A stretch of DNA of 59,187 nt, counting the filler. It is 4 parts of 4 records of this genome, joined end to end, with 100 filler letters (N's around TTAATTAATTAA, not from the genome) between each part and the next. Parts side by side here need not be neighbours in the genome. Positions count along the whole stretch, not along the records: positions 1 to 24,585 come from SRR20825019_1129; 3 more parts are not named here. One strand, written 5' to 3'. A program made the position numbers and the translations under genes. The notes beneath the pieces are model-generated. The model searched no databases. It was not told the DNA's origin and saw only the letters and a list, made by a program, of their open reading frames with translations. This document shows positions 1 to 14,300 of the stretch, piece by piece. Numbering within the stretch: position 1 is the stretch's first letter; every line of letters begins with the position of its first letter.

Positions 1-1
1 C

Positions 2-2048
<2,047 letters not shown>

Positions 2049-2115
2049 GGTCGTCATCCTTCATCCAATACACTTCAATCAACACGCACCCCTTCATTCT
2101 AACCCTCCGTTTATC

Positions 2116-5100
2116 TCATTCCTTGTAGCCACCGCGCACCGTGGCCCGGCGCCGCCGCATGGGCATACGGCGGCGCTGCTGCCATCGGGCGGGGCGACGG
2201 GCCATCCGCTGGCGCCGCGCACGGACTCGACGCAAGGCCCGAACCGCGGGGGGTGCCCAGCGCGGCTGAGAGAACTGCGGTACAGCGGGCTGGTACATCT
2301 GTGCCGGGCTGCCGGACATTGGCATGTCTCCATAGGGCCCCACTGCCAGGGGGACCGGCTGTTGGAGGTAGCCGTTGGCTGGAGTCCACATGGGTGGCAT
2401 CGGGGCCTGCACCATGCCCCCGTAAGCGTTCACAGCCACTCTCTGGACGGGCTCCGGCTGCCCCAAATAGCCTTCTCTCTCCAGTGGCCGCGGCACCCGG
2501 CGGCGCGCGCCTGGTCCTGCCATGCGCCCCTGGCGGCGGCGGCTCCACTGTCCCACGCGGTGGGGAGGGTGATGGGGCTGGCGTGCGGGCGGTGTGTATT
2601 GATAACCCGAGGAGATGATGCCGTTGGTGCCGGGTATCATCATGCCAGTCGGCTGCACTCCGGCCATCATCGGGACGCCATAAGGCGGCAATCCAATGTC
2701 CATCGTGGGAGGTGCCATCTCGGCCGCTAGCTCGGTGGATAGCTCATCCATCGCTGCGTAGAGCCCTTGCCCAATGCTCTCGGCCTGCCGCCGCTCCTTT
2801 GCGAGTCGGTTCTTGCTCCGCTTCAACTTTGCCTTCAGTGCATTCACGGCGACCATGGCCTTGTCCTTCTTGTGCGTTCCGTTCGATGCCGTCTGGACGG
2901 GCCGGAGGGTCGCCCGGTGCTGCTTGTCGACTATCACCTGGAATGAACCCGATCCTGCACGAGGCGCAACATCAGTACCCAGCTCAATCCTCCCCGAACA
3001 AGCCTCGCGTCCATCCATGCATGCTCATACCCACTCACCTGGGACGGCAAGAGTTCCGAGCGAATACGAGTTCGCGCCCACGCCGAGGCTCTTCTGCAGG
3101 GCGGGTGTCTTGAGCAACTTGTCGATGGTGGCACCGATGGAACGCCGAAGTGTGCCATTAAACCGGGCGTGCTTGGGGATCTTGGCCACATCGCGGATGG
3201 CACGGAGCACGTTGTTGGTGAGGACGTGCTTGGCTGCGCATATTCAGTCAGGCGGGATGTCACTCGGCACCATGCATCATGAATACAATCAGACTCACCA
3301 TTGGTCACCTCCCGGACCTTGGCCTTGATCTTGTGCTCGCTCTCTTCTTTGCGCTTCTTGCGGTGGCGCCGGATCTCATCCAGTTCCAAAGTCGCGGCGT
3401 GAATCGCGGCCTGATCGGGGTCCACAGGGGCTCCTCCTGCCCCGGGGGCTTTCGAAGTGGAAGGATGGGGGCTGGCTCCAGGGATGCCAGCAGCCGCGCC
3501 CTTGGTGCTGGCGGTTTTCTCCTGGGCGGTCGCGACGTCTCCAGTATCGTACGAAGCCTTGAGCGCATCGTAGCTCTCGAGCTCCTTGCTGTACTTCTTC
3601 TGCTCAGCCTTCTTTTCTGCAGGGTCCTTGGTCGCGAGAATCGTGGCCCGCTGTGCCGCCAGAGCCTGCCTCTTGTCAGCCAGCTGGCGGCGGCCCGCCT
3701 CGAGCCGGCGTTGCTCGGTATCCTCGGGGGTCTCGGGGCGCTGGACCACGACGTGGTCCTGAGCGCCCGGCAGTGCCGCGTCGGGGACCACCTGCTTCAT
3801 CTTCTGGTCAGTTTCTTCCTTGGGAGTGGGGATGTGGGGCTTTGGCTTGTCGCCGTATGCAATCGCCTGGATCTTACGAAGCTAAAGGGCACGCCCACTC
3901 AGTTAGGCCCCTGACACTGCATAGCCTCCCATCCGCACTCACCCTGGCTGTCTCCGGGTCAACATCCTCATGGGGATGGCGGGCGCCCTGCAGTTTTTCA
4001 AACACCTTGTCTTCCTCCGAGTTGCCATAGTCTTTGAGCTGGCGAATGACGGAGTTGCGCTGGATGTTCTCTATGATGTCCTTGAGGTCATTCTGCATAT
4101 CCTCAATGTGCTGCTCGTTCGCCTGGTGACCGGGTCAGTCCGCGGCAGTCCTTGCATCCACACGACCGCGCTCAACACTTACCTCAACCTTACTGGACAG
4201 GCGGTCCCCCTGCCCGGCAACGGCTTTGATCTTGTCGTCCTCCTCCTCCAGCCCGCTGTCCAGCTCCTCCTGTCCACGCCCCACCTCCTTGTTCTTCTTC
4301 TCCAGCACTGCACCATACTTGTTGATTTCGTTCAGCTTGGCACTGGGCTCATGGGTTAGCCTGTGGTAGAGTTGTACCAGCACAATAGCTCACCCCGTCT
4401 CCTCAACAAAGTCATCAGCCCCATCGTAGACGTTCTCAATCTGCTCTGACGCCTTCTCCACCGCCACGCCGCCCTTGGCTGCAAGTTCTCCCTCGGACTC
4501 GGCCATATCCTCTGCGCAGATGAGCACCAACACGTTAGCAATATTCCCTCAGCATTAGCCCGAGGTCAAAGGAGCGCACAACGTACCTAATTTCTTGTCG
4601 GTGACTGCCCCGGTGGCCTCAAGCTCGTCCGTCACACCATCGGCAACCTCCTCATTATTCGCCTCCAGTCCCGCTTCGATACGCTTCTCTCCGCGGGCAA
4701 CCTTCCCACTGGCCTTGCGGATGTTCTTCCGTGTCTCGTGGCCCGAGTCGTCCATGCTTCCAACGACGGCGTCTCCGGCATCTTCCGGGTGGTCCACAAT
4801 CTCGTCGACCGAGTCCTCCGAGTCGCTAGTGGCATCATGGTCCTCTCCTTGGTCCGACGTGTGATCATCATCTTTCCCGTGGACTCCGTCATGAATGGCA
4901 TCGCCCGCTTCATCCACGCCGGCCTCAACTTCATCACCCGCAGACTCTAGCGATGCGGCTGCATCGCCCATGGCCCCGTGCGTAGCCTCGGCAGCCTCGT
5001 CCACCCCGGATTCAACCTCACTTCCCACGTGCTCGGCGCCCTCGGCCACGGCATCAGCTCCTTCCTCGACGGCAGACCCTGCCTCATCCACTCCCTCCTC

Positions 5101-5829
5101 CACTGCGGAGCCCGCCTCGTCAATCCCCTCCTCCGTCGCATCTGCAGCCTCATCAACGCCCTCTTCGATGTCGTCATCAAAGTTCTTCCCACCGCCCTTC
5201 TGCGCCTTGTCCTTTTGTGTGAACTGCTTGGACTCCTTCACATGGTGACCATGGGAAGCCGCCTTGTGGTGTTCGGCACTGGGACTAGTTCCAGCGCTTG
5301 ACTTCTCGGGGGCGTGTCCTGCTCCGCGGCGACCGGGGTGTGTTCCGGGAGACCTCTTTTCGCCATGCTTACCTCTGGCATGTTTCTTGTGTTGCTTTCC
5401 CCTTGGTTTTGTAGCAGGCGCTTCAGTGAGATCCGGCTGTGCCGGAAAGGCGTCGGCACTGTCCTCGCTCTCGTCGTCGTCTCCATTCGCAGGCGCATCT
5501 TCGTCGCCTACATTGTCAAGGTCCGAGACGTCGATGTCAGAGTCGTCATCCTCCTGCAGCTCAGGAGGTAGCGCCCCCTTGATCTTGTCAAGCCAGCTGC
5601 TGCCGTGCTTGCGCACAGGCGTCAACTTTGCAGCAAGACCAGGCACCAACCCGAGGTCGGCAACGTCACCCCCGTTGTTCTGATCCTCCAGCTCGTTGAA
5701 CGGATTTTCAAGATCAGCGGCAGTGTCTGTCTCCGTAGTTACTGCCACAGCTGGCAGAGCCCCCGCCAGCAGAACCAGCCCCACTAGGACCAGGCCCTCT
5801 AAAAGGCTTCGCCCCGGCACTCTACGCAT
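2116..5829 (-). CDS. Large secreted protein of unknown function (signal peptide, acidic 11-mer repeats, coiled coil, Pro/Met-rich then Arg-rich C-terminus); spliced
   Basis: ATG at 5829 gives MRRVPGRSLLEGLVLVGLVLLAGALPAVA (signal peptide). ORF pieces 4555-5862, 4135-4383, 3874-4098, 2934-3800, 3025-3210 and 2116-3018 join in phase through six GT-AG introns. Confidence 0.7.
4884..5169 (-). repeat. Coding tandem repeat, ~33 nt / 11 aa (EEGVDEAGSAV consensus)
   Basis: IEEGVDEAADA TEEGIDEAGSA VEEGVDEAGSA VEEGADAVAEG ... VESGVDEAAEA ... VEAGVDEAGDA is visible in the translation. Confidence 0.85.
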
Positions 5830-6971
5830 GGGCACACTGGAGTGTGGTGCAATTGCTATCACAACTTCACTAACCCCTTCCTATACACACTCGGAGCTTC
5901 TATATGTCACTACACTGTGTCACACGTGTGCCCGGTCCGAGAGACGGCTGCGCTGGGTCTGCTCAGTCGTGAAGTTGCCGACCCTGCGGTCCGCGGCGGC
6001 GGGCGGACCGTGTCCGACTGCTCACCCGGCGGGCACTCCGCCTCGGCGCCGCCTGCAAGCCGCGGCGCCGGGCGGCAGGCCATCCGGCATGGCACTGGCC
6101 CCGGGGGCCAGACAGCCAGGCCGGTTTGGACTGGTATGATTCCCAAAGATCTACGCCGCAGCACACCCTCAAGCTTGATTTGATTCAATCGATACAACGA
6201 AACATCTTTATATAATGAACTTTTAATAAGAGAGAATTTTTCTCAAACCCCTATTCGTTAAACATAGAGTGTTCGTTGTATTGATCGCTCGACTACTTGC
6301 TATTCCCTCTTTGTGTCCCTCACCTTGAACAAGAACCTGCTTGAGAGGGCGCGGCTCCGTCAGCACCAAAGCACCAACTGATCGGTACGATGTACCTGCC
6401 TCAACGCTATCACCGCAGCCAATCGCACACATGCGGCTCCGAAGTGATGTGAGCCAGAGCGGTGCCAGTGCGGTGCGCAACCGGAGGCCGGTCGACGGCA
6501 CAGTGGCACGATTGCCTGGGACGCTTCTTAGCCGCCGGCGCGCCTTCCGTCGGACGAGTGCTGAGGGACTCAGCACTGAGAACACGGCCAATTGGTGACC
6601 CTCCGGTGCGCTGATAGTGGTGCTGGTGGTTGGTTTGGTTCTCCGCCTAAGCGGACTGGTGCGACCCTTCCGTCCTCACCGAGGCGCCGACTTGCTGCGC
6701 CGGCGGAGGGACGGAGGCGCTCAACGCTTCGGACACGCCACCAACACCCTTCAGGCGTTGGGTCCTTGGAAGTTGGCAGTCTATATATTGGTGCCAAGGA
6801 CTGAAACCTCATTCACAGCAACTATCACACCAACACGGAGGGCGTGTTCTGTTCAACTAGGGCACCTCGTTGGGTATGCAGTAATACGACCCGGAAGAGT
6901 TCGTATTGATTGGAAGGAACGGTGTTGAGTGGACTGGCCAGGCCTCTGTCATAGGCCTAGGATAATCAGTC

Positions 6972-9075
6972 ATGTTGCAGAGCGTAAAACGTAAACTGGT
7001 AGGCAGATCGTAACCTTGGGAACGAGTGGTTGGTAATGTCTTGATCAGAGCGGTGCCAACGAAAAGGGTGCCGCGGGCGCGCCCTCTGCTGCCGGAGCAA
7101 AGGCGACGGGAGCGTCGGTGCCGAAGAAAAGGGAAGATGGCGCTGGGGCTGGCGCCAACAACCGCCCGAATACTGGTTCAAACTATCAGAACGTTAGTGT
7201 TCCGAACAAGGTACCTTATGTGGGCTCTATGGGTACTTGTGGGCTAATCTTGGGCTTGCAGAGGACTTCTGTCCTGAAGAAGTTTGGGGGACAGGGAAGT
7301 TCGGGCGACCTGGAGCAACTTCCTCAGTTCAAGGACGTGCCTGCTGCCGAGAGGCAGTCTCTGTTCATTAAGAAGTTAAAGGTAGGTGACTTTTTCGCCC
7401 CTTCCCGTGCGCTTGTTCACCTCTCGTCCCTGCGTGTGCAGCTCTCTACTGTGGTCTATGACTTTGGTGATCCGAACTTGGACCTGCGTGAAAAGGAAGT
7501 GAAGCGCCAGACCCTGGCGGAGCTTGTGGATTATGTCAACACTACAAAGAACGTGTTCACAGAGGCTGTCTTCCCTGATATTCTAGATATGGTGTCTGCC
7601 AATATCCTAAGGCCGCTTCCGTTGAATGGACGTGAAAGGAATAAGGTGGGTTGATGGCGCCGAGGTCGTGGTGGAATATCGGGAAGGTCTAAGACCCTTG
7701 ATTGGTTGCGTGCTGGCTGTGGCCCTGCCTTGGGGACCACAGTCATTGTGGCTTGGTCTTTTGGGTGTCTATTCAACTGTATCCCTGTTCATTTGGTTGT
7801 ACCTTCTTGTGTCATATACCGTTTTTGTTTCGAGTTCTGGGAAGCTGATTCTTTTTGAATAGGTGGGAGAGTTTGAGATTGAGGAGGAGGAGCCGACCTT
7901 GGAGCCTGCTTGGCCTCATTTGCAATTGGTTTACGAATTTTTCTTGAGGTAGAAGGCAGCATCTAGGGGGGAGGTTGTGTGATGTTCTGAATGTTTCTCC
8001 TAGGTTTATTGTGTCCAACGACACCGATCCCAAGGTGGCCAAGCGCCACTTTGACCAGAGCTTCCTGGTCAGGGTATGTTATACACTTTTATATTTGGCG
8101 TGTCGAGCAATTTTCTGACTTGACCTCAGTTGTTGGAACTGTTTGATAGCGAGGACCCGCGTGAACGTGACTACCTCAAGACTATCACTCACCGCATTTA
8201 CGGAAAGTTTATGCCCCACCGGGCATTTGTCAGGCGCGCAATCAACAACATATTTTTCAAGTTCATTTACGAAACAGAGAAGCACAATGGCACCGCGGAG
8301 CTGCTGGAAATTTTGGGTTCTATTATCAATGGATTTGCTCTTCCGCTGAAGGAGGAGCACAAGATTTTCCTTTGCAGAGCGCTCATCCCGCTCCACAAGG
8401 TCAAGTGCATGGGTAACTACCACCAGCAGCTGTCGTATTGCATTACTCAGTTCGTTGAGAAAGACCCCAAGGTAGTATTCCTCAAGCGTTCACCGTGTTT
8501 GCGCTAACCTGTATTCTCCTCAGCTTGCGGAGCCTGTGATCCGTGGATTGTGCAAGTACTGGCCCGTCGTGAACAGCCCCAAGGAGGTGCTTCTTCTAAA
8601 CGAGCTCGAGGAGGTCCTGGAGATGACACAGCCCGCTGAGTTCAAGAAAATCCTGCACGTTCTCTTCCGCCAGTTGGCAAAGAGTATCTCGTCCCCACAC
8701 TTCCAGATCGCGGAGCGCGCCCTCTTCATCGTAAACAACGACTACATATTCGCCCTTATCGCTCAGAATAGGGAGGTGGTCTTCCCGTACCTTACCGCGG
8801 CTCTCCTCCACAATCAGGTTAGTTGCTGCTTGAAATATGACATGCTGTTCTGGTTCAGTCGTCTTACTTCCTGTGTTTAGGAAAACCACTGGAATACCAC
8901 GGTGAGCCAGCTGACCTTCAATATTCTCAAGTTGTTCGGCGACATGGACCAGCAGCTCTTTGACGAGTGTGTTGCGAAGTACAAGGCCGACAAGGAGAAG
9001 GAGGAACAAAACAAGCTAGACCGCGAGAAGGCTTGGACCAAGATTGAGTCCATGGCCACTCAGCACAAGCGCTAG
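6972..9075 (+). CDS. PPP2R5: Protein phosphatase 2A regulatory subunit B' (B56 family); spliced
   Basis: Motifs [97 protein letters not shown]. First exon 6972-6998; introns include 6999-7048, 7211-7261, 7382-7441, 7646-7862. Stop TAG ends at 9075. Confidence 0.95.
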
Positions 9076-11304
9076 TGACCTACTCTTCCTACCGCGCGCC
9101 ACCGTGGTACATCCGTGGATGGCCCGGTGCGAGGACGGGGTGGTTGTGATAGACAAAGTGGAGTGGGTTAATAATTGGCAGGACACATGGCCGGGGGGTC
9201 TCGAAGCCCTGGTGCAGCATGTGTAATTGTTGATATGATGGGAAGTAAAGCAAAAACAAAACTAAACGATGGCGGCCTGGTCTTGGGGCATTTTTCTGCG
9301 TCTGTATCTCTGTACCCAGCCATCCCACGCAACCCAGTGAAGACACCAACTTCAAACAGTAATCTCTCTCTCTTTTTTGGTTGAGACATTGTCCTCATTT
9401 CATTCAAACTGAGCTAGCTTTCAAAGTGCTATAATATCCCGTGACGGAACCTACTCGGGCTTGCCGCCGAGTTCCACCTTGAGGTTGTCGAAGGGCAGGT
9501 CGCGCTCAGTCTGTGTTCAACATTAGCAGTGTCACTCAGAATACTACCTGCTGCCCCTAAACCAAACAAATTCACAAAAAGGAAAGAAAATAGCAGCAGC
9601 AGCAACATCAACAAGAACAAATCATCATGAGACGACAACATAAGAATCGATCGACATAAATAACATAGTTCCAATACCAGAACGCCACCCCACTCAGAAG
9701 TGCATCCATCTCATTTGTCAAAAAAAGCAAAAGCAAAATAAAAATGCGAAAAACCAACCAATCAAACACATGCAACCCACCACGGGCTTCTTGGATGCAG
9801 GGTCCCAGATAGAAGCAGCGGTGCCAAGAGTAAGGAAGAATGCAAACCCGCCCAAAAGCATCTTCAAAGCATATCCCTAAGATGGTGTAAGTACTGGGAG
9901 CCTGATGCGTGTTACCTTTCTCCCACTCCCATCCGCACCTTTTCAACACTGTCGCCAAACATGGAGAGCTGGTCAAGAGCCGGCTCGGGCATAGGATTGG
10001 AGTCCTGCCACAAGAGCTCATCCTCCTCAGGAAGCTGCGGCAATGGAAGTCAGTTCCTAAAGTTAAACGCAGGCGGGCCAACGCAGGCAGGACGACAGCA
10101 ACAAAAAAAAAGCTCGTACGTTAGACAAATACTCCTCGCCGTCAATGGGCTTGCGGGGAATAGCAGCGACGGTGGTACGAGCACGGGCGGCACCAGGGCA
10201 CACGGCAAGCACGTTATGGGGACGGCGGCCGGCCGCCTGGAGTGCAACCCCACCAAGCACGCGAGTTACGCTCATCTTTGCAACTGAGACGTGTTCCGCC
10301 AGTGCATCAACCAAATAAAAATAGCTGCGCGGGCCATCGTCGCCTAGCCCTAACCATGCTTTAGGTCTTGGGCCACGGCGCCACGGTACCGTGGCAGACT
10401 GACCGTCCGGCCCCGACCGAGCCGGACCGTGGGCCGGCCGGCCGGCGGCCCTGGGCCGGGCCGCCCGCCCGGTTTGCTGGTGGGTCTGACCTGGGACGGG
10501 GCCTCTGATTGGAACTGACGGCCCCCAAACTGAAACCAACGGCACGCTGCCTCGCGGCCAGACCGTGGGATTGGCCCGGCGCCGGCGGGCCCCCGGAACT
10601 GAACGCCTGAGCAAGCCACCTCACCAGGATGGAGCGCCGCCGCTGCCCGCAAGGCCCGCCCCGGCGGCGTCCGAGGCCGCGGCCGCCGACGTCGATTTCC
10701 TTGAGCTGCTGCCGGGGCGGGCGGTGGGCAAAAACGTCAGCAAGCTCCCTCGATACAACGATCTATCTCCATATAACGAGGATCGTGTGGACATGGGGAT
10801 TCCCGACTTCTCTCATTCAGTGACTCCAGCCCATCCGTCATCGCGCCTCGGGGCCGCCCGGTCGGAGAGCAGCCGCTGCTCAATCTGTCCGTGGAGCGTC
10901 CCCGTTGCCGACCCAGCGGAACGATGGCCACGACCAGCACGTGATTCAGGGCACATGGCAAACTGAATTTGATTGGCATCCGATGCCCCGCGACCCCACA
11001 CCCGGGATGCTGTTGTTGAAACCTGCATCAAACAGACGACGACCGCCCAGCGGCGGCGCGCGCGGCTTGGCCGACCGCCCGCGCGGCGGCCACCTACTTG
11101 AAGGCTCCACCACGGTCACTGGCAGCGGCGGCGACCCGGGCCATGCCCGGCGCTGGTCATCCGGTCAGTGGTGACAGGGGCCGTGGGGACGCACTGGCCG
11201 CGCTGCCTGGGCTTCGCCCACTCCCGTCAGTGGTTCGAGCGGACCGGCGCACTGCCCCCATATTTATACCGAGCCACACACTACTTGTGTCAGGCAGTGC
11301 CGCC

Positions 11305-14300
11305 ATGGGCAAGGGCCAGGACCGTGGCAGATCAGATAACACTAAAGACGACGACGCTGGCGCGTCTGATCAGGACCCCGTTTCCAAAGGCGCTACGCGG
11401 GGCAAGGCGCTGAGGTGAGGTGGGACCCGTGGTTACCAGTATCATTGCGTTAAATCAAGTTGTCCCTTGACCCTTTAGCGCCCGGGCTGCCCGGCGCAGC
11501 AACACCCTCAAATATGGCGACGTTATCTCGTTGTCGTCGATGGTGGGAGGCGGTGATGCGAACGGAAGCTACCTCTACTCCGGTAAGGTGTTTCTGGCTT
11601 CGGCATGATGAACACTGAGTGGGCCCTCATGCCTCAGACGTTGACGCGACGAACCGGCTGTTCGTGCACTCGCTCAAGGATAAATACCCGATGCCACCGC
11701 GCTGGACAATGTGTCTTTTCGAGGTTCTTCCTAAACTTTCGTATTCTCGTAAGGAGTGAGTGACCCAGCGTTTCTACGGGTGGTGTGCATGGAAGGGTGG
11801 GCTCTGGTGGCGGCGGCGAGGGCACACGACTCGTGTCGTCTGTAGCAATGTTGGAGATGGGGCGGCGGGGTCTGTGGAGCGGGGCGACGCTGAGGGCGGA
11901 TGGACTAACATGGCGATGTGGCTAGTCTGTCCGCAGGGGACGAGGGCCACCAAATGATGTCTGAGGAGGACGGCTCCGCCGGACGGACGGCATCGCTGGC
12001 GTTCCACAACGGCACAGGCACAGCGACCATGACGATGGTGAGAGGAGGCTGGACAGTGCCGGGCATGGGCGGCCTCTGATATTGGGTGGCTTGGTGTACA
12101 GGATAACCGGTCGGTCACGATGGTGTTGGATGATGACGAACATCAGGAGTTCTGGAAGCTCGAGGAGCAGCGGAAGCACAACACGATGGAGATAAAGAAT
12201 ATGAGAGGGGAGGAGGTACGGTTCGGATCCGTCATCCAGCTGCGCCATGTGGTGACCGGTAGGCGATATACACGTGCCAAGCATGCCGCGGGCTGAGTCC
12301 ATTGCTGCGCAGGGCGGTTCCTGAGCTTTGAAGGGTCCCCTACGGCATTAAATGTATCGAACACACTCGTGGAGACGTCGGAAGGGCACGAAGGTGAGTT
12401 TGGAAAGGCCCGGGTGGACGCCGGCGCTGACACTGACCCCTTAATCAACCAGGGGCTTGGCTGAAACTGATGCCGGCATTCCGGATACGCTCCGAAGGCG
12501 AACCGGTGTCACAGGATGACAGTGTGGTAGGTTAGCTGATCCCCGAGCCACACAATCGCATGTTGACGCAGCCGGTCCGTATCCACAGCTGCTCCAGTCG
12601 GTCAGTGTCGTGCTGCAGTACCTCCATGTCGCCGGGGAGGATGGGATGGAGTGTCACATCCCCGTCGGGGCCCACCCGGAGCATGTGTCCACTGTGCATG
12701 AGGTCCACGGGAGCACCTCCGCCTCGGCATGGAAGGTCATCATCGCGGGCAATCTGAAGGACGACACCTTCACCGAGTCCAGCAGCAGCTTCCGCCGCTC
12801 CCTGATCCGTCCACTGTCCTCGGTGCTCCTGTGCCATCAGGAGTCCAACACAATGGTATACTCGCGGGAGAACGAACCGACAGGGCTGCTGGAACCTCAC
12901 GAGGCCATGAACCACGTAAAGAACCCGCCTCCGCTGGCATTGTGGGATGTGGAGCCGCTGGAGATGAAGAACAGCTGCTCCGTGGTTCGCTTTGGGGAGC
13001 GGTATCGCCTGCGGCACGCCCTGACGGGAAGGTACCTCACGGTGGCATCGACATCCAAGGACCGGCTCGGGTGCGATATCATACTCAGTGACAAGCAGAC
13101 GTCCACCAAGACCCAAAAGGTGCTGTTCACTTTTGTCTCATCCAAGGCCGGGTCCGAGAATGAGCCTGTCGCACTTGGGTCGTCGGTCTACATACAGGTG
13201 GGTCATCGTCGTCTTGTGGAGATCTTATGTCCGACACACCACCCGATCACAGGATGAGGAGGGACGGTGGCTCGCCAGCAAGAACCTTGCGCTGGGCAGC
13301 TTCCAGGACGTAGTGAGTGGGCAGCGAGTGGCCGGGCTTGTCTTGAAGGAGGCGCGCGGAGAGATCGACGCCTTCCGCATATCCAAGGTTTCGGACAGGC
13401 ACCTCAAGAGTGTGCGGTATGCCCTCCACCACTGTGACGTATTGAAGCAGTATGTTATGTACACGAAGGCGGCCAGGTCGTATGTAGCTAGCAAAAAGCC
13501 GGCGGCAGAGTGAGTCTGATTGGCTGGGCGCAACTGTCGAGTTCGGGTTTTGACGGGCTCGCAGCCTGGTTCTTGCCACAGAGATTACCAATGCCATCCT
13601 TGATATCCCGACTCTGGCGCTGAAGGACCCAGCCGTGGAGGGCAAGCAGGTGTCGGTGAAGAAAATGAAGAAAAAGCACATGCAGATCGATCCGAACCCG
13701 CCGTCGGACGCGTTTCTTCTGTCCATCTTGGCGTCGCGATGGTACATGGTGCTGTACAAGGTGTTCTCCAACCTCATCTCGCGCGTGTGTCTGAGCGAGG
13801 ACACCAACGCATTCACACGGAGCGGAAAGGTCCTTCGCGACTTCCAGGTAAGTGCTGTACCCACCTGCCGGGCGCCACGTGAGCTAATCGCTGGTGCGAA
13901 GATCATTCTACTGGATGTCGGCATGGTCGCCACCCTCCGGGGAATCCTGGAGTGTGTGGATGTGAAGGCCATTCGCCGCACCGACTACGTCGCGATGAAC
14001 CGGATCTCACAGCTGTGTTACCGCCTGCTCACCCTGACTGCAAGGGACAACCTACCCATCAAACGGATAATGAGTGCAGATCTTCCATTCTACCGGTCGC
14101 ATGTCGGAACCAAGATCTTGTGTACGGATGTGATCACTGAGGTGCGTCGCTGGGTGTGCCTGGGTTTGATGTCACTGAATCCGCGGCAGCTGCTGATGAA
14201 CAACATGGGCATGTTGAACCAATTGACGGATAGGGACATGCTTGACCAGATTAAGACGATTCAGAAGGAGAAAGACAAGCGTTTCCTAAGCTTCCTCACG

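Noticed and set aside
10725-10795. KNVSKLPRYNDLSPYNEDRV resembles the tyrosine-phosphatase KNRYxDIxPYD motif
   Set aside because: No WPD loop or HCxxGxxR motif follows and no gene model could be built; probably chance.
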